DNA from: a virus
Virus record (IMG/VR): IMGVR_UViG_3300027896_000014
Coordinates: 81,244-145,243 of that record
DNA: 64,000 nt
Strand: one strand, 5' to 3'
Within the stretch, counting starts at the first letter, position 1. Every line of letters starts with the position of its first letter. This document shows positions 29,549 to 39,366 of this stretch, piece by piece. Made by a program: the position numbers and the translations under genes. Below the pieces are notes generated by a model that had not been told where the DNA came from, made no database searches, and worked only from the letters and a program-made list of their open reading frames with translations.

Positions 29549-31356
29549 TATTGTCCCTCAAATGCGGAAAGGGGTCTACGCGTAGGTTCCCCTTCACCGG
29601 GGGCCAAAGCCCCGGGAACCAAACCAGCTCCACCGGCAGTCGGCGGAGGCGCCTGATCAAGTGCCTCTGCCTGGTCATCCGTCATAATGAAGTCCGGGTC
29701 ATGAAACCCGAACGCATTAACTTCGTGTTTTAGAAGCTTATACGGCTTAAAATACTTACCGAATGTGGAGCTTTCTGCCTGCTTAAGAAAGGCTTGATAC
29801 ATTTGAATAAGCTGACTATTCTTGATTGCGGCAGATATCCCCATGATCTTAATATCGCAATTGGCCTTCAACATCTCCTTGCGTTGTTCAATGGACATCT
29901 GAGCGAACTTTTGAGCATTCGGATTGTTTTTCATAACACGGGAAATACTGGGATCTGAGTATTCATTCCAGTTCAGGACCACTACCTCTAAAGCAGCTCT
30001 AATCGTATTGACCGCACCTTCTTCTATATCCTCACCTATTGAATCGAAGACTGTCATGGACTGACCGAGCAATATCTCAGCCTCTCCCTTTGTTTTTTGG
30101 CTTTTAGTTCCACGTTGGCCAGCTGCTAATTGAGTAAGCATTGAGGAAGCTTCCCGGCGTTGGTCCCAGTGTTGAAGCGTGGCCAGCGTTTCGTTGCTTG
30201 AGGGACTCGTGTAAACCTCCTTAACCACCGGTTGGCCAGGTGGCGCATCTTGCCTACGAAAGACCGTCTTACCAGGAAACATGGCAACATCCGTAGGGTC
30301 CTCGAGATCCATCCGGTTTAGTTCTCGAAGTTTATTGACCCGCCACGAGAGATCGTCGATATGGAGGCTCATTAAGTTGCAGCTATTAAGCCACAGAAGA
30401 AGAGAGGTCTCAATAACTCCGTGTCCCTCAAACGTAAATAAATCTGGAAGGGGGGAAAAAGATATGCCTGGCCATCGCATCGTCACGAAAGGATTTGGTT
30501 CAGGATTTCGGATCAAAACATCTCCTGCCACGGTAAACCTGGCATTATCGAGGAGAAGTTCTCCCGATTTATCCAAAATAACGCCCCAATGCTCGATCAA
30601 CCTCACGGCTTTTCTAAAACTGCTTCGTTGATAATATTGACCTTTCCTGCGGGCCCGTTTTTCCGCAGTTTCCTGGCCCCAGCTCGATTCATTGGCCGTG
30701 ACCTCATTCAACCTCACATACCGTCCACCGAGTTTTTTGACCTTCCATAAATCAAGCCACTCCACATGATCCCAGTAATCTCCCGACCATGGCTCCCGTG
30801 GCGATGCATCCGAATCCCGATAGATCTGCCATGGAGGAACGAGAGAAAAAACCAACCCCTTTCCTGGAACCCACCTCGGAATCATCTCATGGGATTGACC
30901 GATCGCAAAACCGAGTTCTGTTCCATCAGAAAACGCAGTATCTAGGTGGGCGTGTTGAGGATTGAACCAAAACTCAGAAGCATCTCTAAGGAAAGAGGCA
31001 ATCCATTTTTCATTCTCATCATCTGGATTCACCGCCTCGATTTTATACCAATCTGGCTGGCGAAGTGCTTTTCGGATAATCGCCACTCCCTGTTTAACCG
31101 TGGAGGTCATATCCCCAGTTGTCATTTTGGCCTGCCAATCTTCTTTCTCCGAATAATCAATATCTGCCTTGTAAGCCCTATAGCACTGATCCCAGAGATA
31201 TCTAACTTCTAAGTTGGCTTGCTCTGACTCCGTAATGCAGCTATGAGCGAAGTCAACAAATGTGTCAGGATCTTCGACACCATAAGCCGATGCTGCCTCT
31301 TCACGTTCCGCCAGCTCTTGATCATCCCACCCCTGGGTCCCTGCATCATTCGCCAT
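29548..31356 (-). CDS. Portal protein (podovirus type)
   Basis: 602 aa; W...YR.Y, V.PW.IY.D, (L/I).E.WG, G.G..E, T.GE..I pattern. Confidence 0.85.
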   Translation of the reverse strand: MANDAGTQGWDDQELAEREEAASAYGVEDPDTFVDFAHSCITESEQANLEVRYLWDQCYRAYKADIDYSEKEDWQAKMTTGDMTSTVKQGVAIIRKALRQPDWYKIEAVNPDDENEKWIASFLRDASEFWFNPQHAHLDTAFSDGTELGFAIGQSHEMIPRWVPGKGLVFSLVPPWQIYRDSDASPREPWSGDYWDHVEWLDLWKVKKLGGRYVRLNEVTANESSWGQETAEKRARRKGQYYQRSSFRKAVRLIEHWGVILDKSGELLLDNARFTVAGDVLIRNPEPNPFVTMRWPGISFSPLPDLFTFEGHGVIETSLLLWLNSCNLMSLHIDDLSWRVNKLRELNRMDLEDPTDVAMFPGKTVFRRQDAPPGQPVVKEVYTSPSSNETLATLQHWDQRREASSMLTQLAAGQRGTKSQKTKGEAEILLGQSMTVFDSIGEDIEEGAVNTIRAALEVVVLNWNEYSDPSISRVMKNNPNAQKFAQMSIEQRKEMLKANCDIKIMGISAAIKNSQLIQMYQAFLKQAESSTFGKYFKPYKLLKHEVNAFGFHDPDFIMTDDQAEALDQAPPPTAGGAGLVPGALAPGEGEPTRRPLSAFEGQ

Positions 31357-31391
31357 AAATCGTCCCTACGCATTTGCGTATGTTCAGAAAT

Positions 31392-31435
31392 AAAAAAACC
31401 CCTTGCTCAAGGACTTTCGATCCTCAAACAAGGGG
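31392..31435 (-). terminator. Terminator/attenuator immediately upstream of portal
   Basis: CCCCTTG...CAAGGGG-TTTTTTT with nested hairpin. Confidence 0.7.
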
Positions 31436-31467
31436 TCTCAAATATCTCATTGAAATGAGGTTGGAGA

Positions 31468-31710
31468 CTATCCTTTCAGATTAATTCTCTTCCTCAGTCC
31501 CTTTTCGTTTTTCTCGTAATCACTGATCCCTCCCTGATTTAGGTGAATGGTTACTGATCCCGTAAAACTACTTCCGATGATTCCGAGCATTGAGAGAGAA
31601 TTTACGATGTTCTGTTCGTATTCATCTCTCCCATTTTGAATTCTGTGATTTGTATACTCTAAACCAATTGGTTTGTCAAGCCTTTTTTTAATTGGGGTGG
31701 ATTTTACCAT
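31468..31710 (-). CDS. DUF2292/YezD-like small protein
   Basis: FTGSVTIHLNQG.I pattern; internal promoter TTGACA-17-TATACA at 31651-31679. Confidence 0.45.
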   Translation of the reverse strand: MVKSTPIKKRLDKPIGLEYTNHRIQNGRDEYEQNIVNSLSMLGIIGSSFTGSVTIHLNQGGISDYEKNEKGLRKRINLKG

Positions 31711-32170
31711 CGGGGTTCTATCCTATTTCAATGGATCTAATTGATTCTATCCTTCCAACTTCGCCATTAAAAGGTGACATGCTTCTTAAATATTTAGCAT
31801 CGGCAGTCTGTTCATATCTTCGCTTTGACTGCTCATAATAATATTTCACTTTAGCATAGCTTTGTCCTTTCGTAGCTCTCCAAATCTTTCTCGATACCAC
31901 CCATAGCTTGATCCAGCTCATGTTACCCCCTTTCAAACAGCATCCCTTCATCACCGGCATCCGGTTCATGGTTTGAAAGCTGAAAGTCTTTTCGTAACGT
32001 TTAATCCGATCTGCGAGTGACATCTTTGTGCCTAAACCTCCTGCCCTTGTAGGCCTTGCGGTCCCGTAACCGTCTCTCACGCATTAACTTCGTGAATGTT
32101 TTGGCCTCGGAGAGGCAACGACCCACATACTTTTCAGTCTCTCTTTGATTAGACATTTTGCCTCACTCTT

Positions 32171-32455
32171 TTACAACTTTACAATATTCATTGCGATAAA
32201 GGTCAACCCCGTGAACCGAAAAGTCAAGGTATTCGGATCAACCTGGAAGTTCGGAACGTAGGCACACGAATATTTCTTAACCATAGCTTCAAATTCTTCC
32301 TTACAGGCTTGAGACCGCTGCATATCCGAGAGCGCCCCTTCCACTCCCCGGCCTTCGACATTGATAATACCTTCCATGTTCTTACCCTCCTTTTTAATTA
32401 ATTTTAGATGCTTTTTCATTCTCGCATGTTTTCGCCTCTGCGCATTCCTTCCCAT
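32171..32455 (-). CDS. Hypothetical protein
   Basis: ORF with RBS; start uncertain. Confidence 0.45.
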   Translation of the reverse strand: MGRNAQRRKHARMKKHLKLIKKEGKNMEGIINVEGRGVEGALSDMQRSQACKEEFEAMVKKYSCAYVPNFQVDPNTLTFRFTGLTFIAMNIVKL

Positions 32456-32699
32456 TTTCCTTTGCCTCTCCAAAAATGTAAGCCCCACCGGTGGGACAGT
32501 CAGGATCAATTCTAACCACCATTCCATGTACTTCGAGCACCATTTTGTGGTTCCTTCCTTCGGCTCGGTTGACCTCGTTCAATAGGGTCTCATTAGCCAG
32601 AGGAGACAGATATACCCATTTGGGCGTAAGGCCCAAATCTTCCAGCTTTCGTTTCGCTGTTAGGATCGTGTCACGAATTGAAGTTGTCACCTTATGCAC
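32394..32699 (-). CDS. Hypothetical protein
   Basis: ORF with RBS. Confidence 0.5.
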   Translation of the reverse strand: MHKVTTSIRDTILTAKRKLEDLGLTPKWVYLSPLANETLLNEVNRAEGRNHKMVLEVHGMVVRIDPDCPTGGAYIFGEAKENGKECAEAKTCENEKASKIN

Positions 32700-32929
32700 C
32701 GATCACACCTTTTCATGCGTCCTCCATTTTTAGTCGGCCGTTAATGGAATAATTACTTTCATATGACTCGGCCATCCAAAAATAAGCCTCTTCCTAGAAT
32801 TGTACTCCCAAATACAGTCAGAATCTTCTATACGCTCCCATCCTTCAATCCTACGGGCATCTGCGTAAACCTCATCGAGGGAGCGCTTTCTCCTGCATAG
32901 ACGACCAAAGGAAATTCCGAGTCCGAAAC

Positions 32930-33712
32930 TCATTCTTTCCTCTCCGGGATGTGAAGGACGTTCTGGCCACCAAATGCCAGTACGCCAAACCAGGCGATCA
33001 TCGGCATCAATAATCGGAGCTTCGGAGTTTGGACCTCCCTGAATATCAAGCCCTGATCACCGAAAACCACGCCATCACCTGAGAAACAACTTGGATCGGT
33101 ACACTTGATCCAACGAATATTATTATTGGTCTGTCCAACCTCTCCTTGGTACAAAACATCCCCTTCTTTTAGATATTTGCTCCAATTGAAAATCTTGGCA
33201 AACTGCTTGATCCTGCGTATCAGTCTTGAGCCACCGATACCGATGTAACTCATCCCATCGTAGGGTTCTGTTACGGAGTCCATATATCCGGAGACGATAG
33301 CCAGAGTCGCTTCCATCTCGGACCATTTAGCTCGAGGAATCAATCTCTTTATTAAAACTCTGGATCTGGTAATGTCCACGGAACCTAATCTCAAGGCATG
33401 GGCGCAACAACGGTCAAGAACAGTTCTTAGTTGTCGGATCAAGCGCTTTTGTATTGGATTTGCTGAATCAAATACTATAAACGGTGTGAAATTGGCCGGC
33501 AGGTTAAGGCCACGCCCTACCTCAGCTACTTTAATAGGAATCTTTCTTATCCTTCTCGTCGTCTTGTCAAATCGCTTTACCACTTCCTTTTTAGGATCGA
33601 CGGCGGCCGCAAACTGGACTATTTCGGCCTGCCTAATAGCCGCATACCTTAACGCTGAAGATGCAGGATTACACTCAAAATAGCCTTCTCCATATTCCCA
33701 TCTCCAAGTCAT
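32930..33712 (-). CDS. Diverged, shortened paralog of the major capsid protein
   Basis: Colinear motifs shared with 21739-22698 (see finding). Confidence 0.75.
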   Translation of the reverse strand: MTWRWEYGEGYFECNPASSALRYAAIRQAEIVQFAAAVDPKKEVVKRFDKTTRRIRKIPIKVAEVGRGLNLPANFTPFIVFDSANPIQKRLIRQLRTVLDRCCAHALRLGSVDITRSRVLIKRLIPRAKWSEMEATLAIVSGYMDSVTEPYDGMSYIGIGGSRLIRRIKQFAKIFNWSKYLKEGDVLYQGEVGQTNNNIRWIKCTDPSCFSGDGVVFGDQGLIFREVQTPKLRLLMPMIAWFGVLAFGGQNVLHIPERKE

Positions 33713-33739
33713 TTCTTCACCCTCCTCGCACTCCCATCC

Positions 33740-34129
33740 TCAGCTATGCGATCCCTGCGCCCGATATCCAAAGATAAAATTTGGCTTCTCATCAGCACGA
33801 TCACAAAAGGTCTTCCAAAAAGTTATTCTCCAAATCTTTTCGCCCGGAACACCACTTTTATTAACTTGCCAAAGCAATGACACATCACGAACCGGAAGAC
33901 CATAATCATGCAAAGCTGCCAGTGCCCCAAATCCATTCGCATCGTCAGCCGTTGCGATAAGGTCTATCGTCGGCCTATCATAGCTGTGTCCCTTACCTCC
34001 CTGACAAGATTGACATGTCTCAAAACACTTTGCATGGAGAACCCGCACGGCAAATCTAATCCCTTGATCAAGCTCCTGATACCAAGCCTCTGACGCCATA
34101 TGGTCTCTAATCGGAACCTTATTTTCCAT
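33740..34129 (-). CDS. Conserved hypothetical phage protein
   Basis: LD.GI..AV..L....ET..SCQG..GH motif. Confidence 0.6.
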   Translation of the reverse strand: MENKVPIRDHMASEAWYQELDQGIRFAVRVLHAKCFETCQSCQGGKGHSYDRPTIDLIATADDANGFGALAALHDYGLPVRDVSLLWQVNKSGVPGEKIWRITFWKTFCDRADEKPNFIFGYRAQGSHS

Positions 34130-34266
34130 CTTTCACTCTTCTTAAGCTCCCATCCTCAGCCACATAGTATTCCTGACCGTTCATATCAGTCCAGGTTTCT
34201 CCCGGCTTTAAGAACTTACATTTATCCCTGAAGTCCAAGGTGCAACCCTTCTCATGTGGGTCGTGG

Positions 34267-34527
34267 CTATGGGGATGGAATGGCTTTTTGTCCCGTGGTA
34301 GCATGGTTATCCTTCCCTTCGTCCTCTTGTTTAACGATCCTCAGTATTTTTTCTTCGGCAATTCGCATAAATAGGTGAAATTTGGATTCGAAGTCATCTG
34401 CCGGCACTCTCATTTCAAAGTTGTGTTCTATCTTCCCACCAACCTTGGCTTTAACAGAGCAACGTATGTGCCCTGCAGGAAATTCTTCCGGTCTGACTCT
34501 CACGATAATATCATCAAGAATTCTCAT
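34267..34527 (-). CDS. Hypothetical protein
   Basis: RBS AAGGAG, coupled to neighbours. Confidence 0.5.
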   Translation of the reverse strand: MRILDDIIVRVRPEEFPAGHIRCSVKAKVGGKIEHNFEMRVPADDFESKFHLFMRIAEEKILRIVKQEDEGKDNHATTGQKAIPSP

Positions 34528-34536
34528 TTCATCTCC

Positions 34537-34854
34537 TTATAGTAAGACGTTCGCCAAATAGACCAGAATGCTAAGATGGATCGCCTGATCAAAGCCAATG
34601 AGAACAAAGAACCAATGCATCTCTCCTTTTTGCCAGAGGTATGCAGTTCCCCTGGAAGTAATTCCGTCCACGATGAGATGCGTGGCTCCAATGATGATTG
34701 CAAAGAGGACCCCACACCACACAAAGCACGAGGTGTAGACCAACGCATGAAAGCTCAACCACTTAAGGCTCTTGCTTTTGTTCATAGCCATTGTGTGGCT
34801 TTGGAACAGTAGATCTCCCACGAAATGTACCCAAATGAATAGAAGAATAATCAT
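34537..34854 (-). CDS. DUF3307-like membrane protein
   Basis: HFVGD..FQ...MA..K, H..VY, H..VD, GFDQ.IH. Confidence 0.75.
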   Translation of the reverse strand: MIILLFIWVHFVGDLLFQSHTMAMNKSKSLKWLSFHALVYTSCFVWCGVLFAIIIGATHLIVDGITSRGTAYLWQKGEMHWFFVLIGFDQAIHLSILVYLANVLL

Positions 34855-35205
34855 GTTATTGCCTCCTGGCATTCACGATCTCTTCAAGCGTCCCGATCGG
34901 TGGACCGAGCCTTTCTGATACAACCTTGGAAATGTGCTCTACGAACCTAGCATACCACTTATCCCCAAACTTCTCCTTGAATCGTTTAATCATTTTACGC
35001 CTTTGCGTATTACTGTATGACAAACTACTCCTCCAAATATTTTAATGCTCTATCAATTTTATTTCTTTGATTTTCAACATATCCAACAATCCTATTGCAT
35101 TGTGCATGTAAAAGCCCCCTGACTCTTCCAGTTATATGGTCATGATCTATGTGAGTCGAACGGTCTGTCGTAAGTTCTTTATCGCAGATAGGACATAAAT
35201 TCTTT

Positions 35206-36534
35206 CAGAAATCCATCGATGCCCTTGCCAAAGCGATAAGAGATTTGAGAAGTATCTTAGAGGTTATTTCAACCAACCTCCAGCACGTCTCTGGGGCTAT
35301 CGATCGCTCTTCTGGTTCAAAGAAAGAGTAAGGCGCAAAAAAACCGCATCTATCAGATCTAATGTCCCATGAAGGATCTCATATGCATCTTTGGCGTTCA
35401 TCCCATCGAAAAGGGGGGCCAGCTTGTTCTTGATGAAAGCAATTCTTTGTTTGTCTGTCATAATTTTTCTCCTTTCAGAAGATTGAGAAGGTGTAAAACA
35501 TAGAAACTACAATCTGGATCTGCACGGCAATTATTTGCACTGTCATTGGCTTTTTAGCTTACGCAGTAGTCGGTGATATCACTAAAGCCCTGCGTCGTAT
35601 CGAAATAGTGTTGGACGAAATCCTCAAAAATATGATGGATAAGAGATCTCGCATATGAAGATCCTACACACTTTCTATCTCCTTTTTTTAAGTCTGGCTA
35701 TAAATTGATTTAAAAATTTTCGATCAATTTCAAGAGTTCTTGATTTAATGTTTGAGAGATAAATGTCCGCCGCATTCCACATCTGAATTCTGGAAGAGGC
35801 TCCACGGCGAATCCATGAAGCATACATATCGGCGGCTTGTAACGGAGGAAATTGTTTGTCATCCCAATGATCACATTTTCCAAGTCTTGGGAGGTCTGGT
35901 AGTTGCGATTTTATATAGTCATCAAAGATAATCCTAAACCGTCTTCCAACTTTTCCCTGTTCATCGAAAATAAAATCTATCGGATTGGCTCTCTTACCTA
36001 TTCCTGGAAATAAAAACACACATTGAAAACACACCCAAGCAACAACCAAAGCTGCACATATAAAATAAGGATCATTGGACGGGAAGAGAGAATTAAAAGA
36101 GTAAAATTCCTTGATTATCTTAAGATCACTTTTTGAGAGATATGCCGCAATACCATAGCAGTTTTCAGTTGGAATAACGCTTGCCAGCTTAGCAATTTTT
36201 TGATTTCTAACATCCCGGTCAAAATTTGAAAAGCATCGTTTTAGTCCAATCGCATCATTGGTTCTATAGTATCCAATAACTGGAGGCTCCTTACATACAT
36301 TAACCCAATCAGAAGAAAACTTGTCCCATACTATAATCGGTGCTATGAAACCACCCAAGACGAAGGTGCTTTCGTCTCCGCTATCATCTATGACAGCTTT
36401 GAGGGTTATCATTAATCTCCCATTTTTATATTCGGGAGCCAGTCCGCAATAATACCGTTGTATGCAGATCGCAGCAAGCTCTAACTGATCGAGTATACTC
36501 CTTTTCTTGCTGCTTTGTAAAGTTAATAATTCCG
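35206..36534 (-). mobile_element. 1329-bp non-autonomous insertion cassette with 8-bp target duplication
   Basis: AATTCTTT at 35198-35205 and 36535-36542; no transposase inside. Confidence 0.8.
35675..36412 (-). CDS. DUF3800-like (RNase H-fold) protein
   Basis: AVIDDSGD...FVLGGFIA....W..F...W; FIFDEQ; PLQAADM.A...R; true start uncertain. Confidence 0.75.
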   Translation of the reverse strand: MITLKAVIDDSGDESTFVLGGFIAPIIVWDKFSSDWVNVCKEPPVIGYYRTNDAIGLKRCFSNFDRDVRNQKIAKLASVIPTENCYGIAAYLSKSDLKIIKEFYSFNSLFPSNDPYFICAALVVAWVCFQCVFLFPGIGKRANPIDFIFDEQGKVGRRFRIIFDDYIKSQLPDLPRLGKCDHWDDKQFPPLQAADMYASWIRRGASSRIQMWNAADIYLSNIKSRTLEIDRKFLNQFIARLKKRR

Positions 36535-36959
36535 AATTCTTTTGTGAAAGTCTAAGCTCTCCCAAACTTTCGAAGGTCAGCCCATATCTTTTTTTGAGTA
36601 TATGTCTTCTCCGTAAAAGACGCCATCGGTCTGGATTCTTTTCTCTCCACTTTTTCTCCGCTAAGTACGCTTGAGCTTTATGGTTTTGTTTATACTTACG
36701 AGATGCTCTGCGAGCTGATTCCTTGCTCATTCCAAAAGTCGCCTCTCAATCATGCCCAAAAATAGCTCGATAATTCTCCCGATACGCCTCGGAGGCGGTC
36801 TTCCCTGTGCAGGCTGGACACTTACAGAGAGAGTTGGGAGGGCCTTCACTATGGCTGCCGTCGTATTGTGCTCCACAGCCAGTACAGGCAAAAGCCTCAG
36901 ATTCTTTGGTCCGTCTCTTACTTCGGTAAACCGCTTTCCACTTGGACATCTCGTACTCC

Positions 36960-37274
36960 TTAGACTATTAAGCCTGTTTTCCGATATACCCACTCTGAAA
37001 ACTTATGCAACCAGTTATTAAGTGGACAATCCCGACCCCCAATTTCGTAAGCTATCCAATGAATGAGTTCATGTAGTACACCATACCAGCAACTTCTCTG
37101 AAGCCAAATCTCCTTTTTCGGATAATAGTAAAGACCGCGATAACGGCCCCTGATCTCCATAGGTGTACTATAATTAAGTTCTGGAAATTCCCAAACATGG
37201 TCTGGGAACTTGTCACAAAAGAATATTTTAGGGAAAAACCTTCTCCGATAAACTGCCTTCCACCCCTCGCTCAC
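36960..37274 (-). CDS. HExxH metallopeptidase-like small protein
   Basis: GLYY....I.L......VLHELIHW. Confidence 0.5.
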   Translation of the reverse strand: MSEGWKAVYRRRFFPKIFFCDKFPDHVWEFPELNYSTPMEIRGRYRGLYYYPKKEIWLQRSCWYGVLHELIHWIAYEIGGRDCPLNNWLHKFSEWVYRKTGLIV

Positions 37275-37488
37275 TTGTTATCCCCTTTCACGTCCGATAC
37301 CCATTCCCATACCTTCTTTGCCTCGTTCAGAATATCTTTCGTGGTCGGTCTCGGTCGTTTCTCCCTCATAATGTTAACAGCTACGTAGAAACAGTTAAGT
37401 CTCTGCTCTGCCCTTTCCTTTGCCGTCATCATTGGTTATCACCTCCTCCCCTCACCTCTGGCCTATAATTCCAACCCGCCCCATACCT

Positions 37489-37785
37489 CTAAACTTTGAC
37501 ACTTACGTTAACCGTATGAAGTGTTACCATGCCCGGTTCAGAGGGATTTGGCACTACGAACTGTCCGCCGGCGACCATTTCGGCCTCTTTCAGGGTCATT
37601 TTCCGGTAGGCTCGCTCAAAGGTCTCCTTGGGGGACCAAGAGACATATCCGTCTTCGTACCGAACCCGATAACCGACTCGGTTTGGCTGAGTTTCATCCC
37701 AAGCTTGGCCTTTCGAGAATACGAAATCTCTCTCGTCCAGAGGCTCAGCTGCTATGATCTTGGTGCCAATATAGATTTCTTCCAT
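37489..37785 (-). CDS. Conserved phage protein (YIGTK...SWSPK..FE.AY family), candidate anti-defence sponge
   Basis: YIGTKIIAAEP...GYRVRYEDGYVSWSPKETFERAY. Confidence 0.6.
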   Translation of the reverse strand: MEEIYIGTKIIAAEPLDERDFVFSKGQAWDETQPNRVGYRVRYEDGYVSWSPKETFERAYRKMTLKEAEMVAGGQFVVPNPSEPGMVTLHTVNVSVKV

Positions 37786-39366
37786 CAGATCCTCCTTTCA
37801 CAATTTTTTCACGGTTCGTTCACAGTCAAAGCAATAAGACCTCTTCTTTCCATTATCGTCATCAATTACCTGCACATTCCCATGCCTCCCAAGCCGGCAA
37901 CCTGTCTGTCTATACCAATATTTACCAAACGAATCATGCCAGAGGTAGGAATTCTTCCAAAATCTTCGATGGAAGAGCCTCCAGCCACACCAATTACCCG
38001 CGGGGTAACGATGAAACAAACTCCACCAGATATCAGCATTTTCACGACAAGCACCCATGGCCTATCCTCCTCTTGATCCATTCCTTCACCCGGATCAAAG
38101 CAACCCCAACTTTCCTTGTCCAGAATAGCCTAAAAAGCTGCCGATAGGTCGGAGTTGGTCTCTGCATCTGGTAAAGCCGAATCTCATTCTTAATCTTATT
38201 AAACTCCTGCTTTTTTAGTTTGACCCTGACCCGCCTTCCACTCGGGAGAACCAGCTCCATTGATAACATCTTCCCTCCTCAATTATTTTTCAAACCTACA
38301 ATTCTCGAATTTAATGACCTTTATATCCGAGCCAATCCAAAATCCACATTCGCTAAAACAATGTGGACATCTCATAATCTGAGAAATCAATGTATCGAAT
38401 TCCCAACTTTTATTGCAATAACGACAAATCATATGTTGCATTTTTACCATTTTGGAAGTTTCGCCCTCCTCTTCGCCTCCGGTACGACCCGATGCACCAG
38501 TAGGCACTCTATGTCAAGGATCGACCAACCAGAAAGCATCTTCAGGATGCGTACCTCCATCTTGTCGAGTTTGGTAGGTGCCAACCGTTTCTGTTCACTT
38601 GCCGTTGAAATGCTCCGCAAAGCCCCTGCTGTCAATTCGGCTGAGACAGATCCAAGATGTTTCAATGTTCCAGCATTTAGCCTTTTCACTTCACGAGCAT
38701 ATTTAGTAAGCTTCATTTTCTTCTCCCCTGGTAATCCAGATTCACCACATACGACTTTGCCAAATTCTGGGGTTCTACTCGGTCCACCGAGGATGGTACT
38801 TGCCCACACTTCGAACACTTGTAGGGGAATGGATTCTTCTTATCCACCACCAGAGCCTCGAGCTGACCGCCACAATAATTACAGAAGGCTTGAACCTCAT
38901 CGTCCACTCTCAAACTCCTATTTCTCTCCCACAACGCTTGCAGACTAAATAATAATTTTCTGTATCCAACATAGCTTAGATCACAGAGCTACACTTACAC
39001 TTCTTAAGCTCCTTCTCTTTAAAAGCATGGCAGTCTTCGATGGGGAGCGCTATAAAAGTTTTTCCAATCTCTGGATTCCATTCACGAATATGTCCTTGAG
39101 CACAATTCACTCTGTTTTTGTCAAACTTGCATGTCGTGCAATCTCTCATTTAACCCCCCGCTATCTTTCGCCACCTCTTGACCATTTCTAAAACTTTCAA
39201 AACTTCATCATTCCATTCCTTTCTAATGGCTTCTTCACGCCCCCACATTTTAAAGAGCCAGGTAAAGCTAAGATAGTCTTCCTGGTCCTGAATTGGTATT
39301 AATCTCCCAAATAATTGATTGAACCATCGATACGGTGTTCTCCATTTTTTAACGAGAATAACCATC

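Larger units (their letters stand above)
35025..36730 (-). pseudogene. Endonuclease VII-family gene split by an insertion (36543-36730 plus 35025-35205)
   Basis: Joined reading ...RYGLT...QKNLCPIC...HIDHDH.TG.VRGLL...CN...G. Confidence 0.85.

Noticed and set aside
29712-32094. 16-bp repeat ACGCATTAACTTCGTG at about 29712 and 32079
   Set aside because: About one such match is expected by chance in 64 kb, and one copy is inside the portal CDS.
35675-36730. 351-aa ORF as an evolved fusion protein
   Set aside because: Explained by the insertion with 8-bp duplication; the N-terminus belongs to the split EndoVII.
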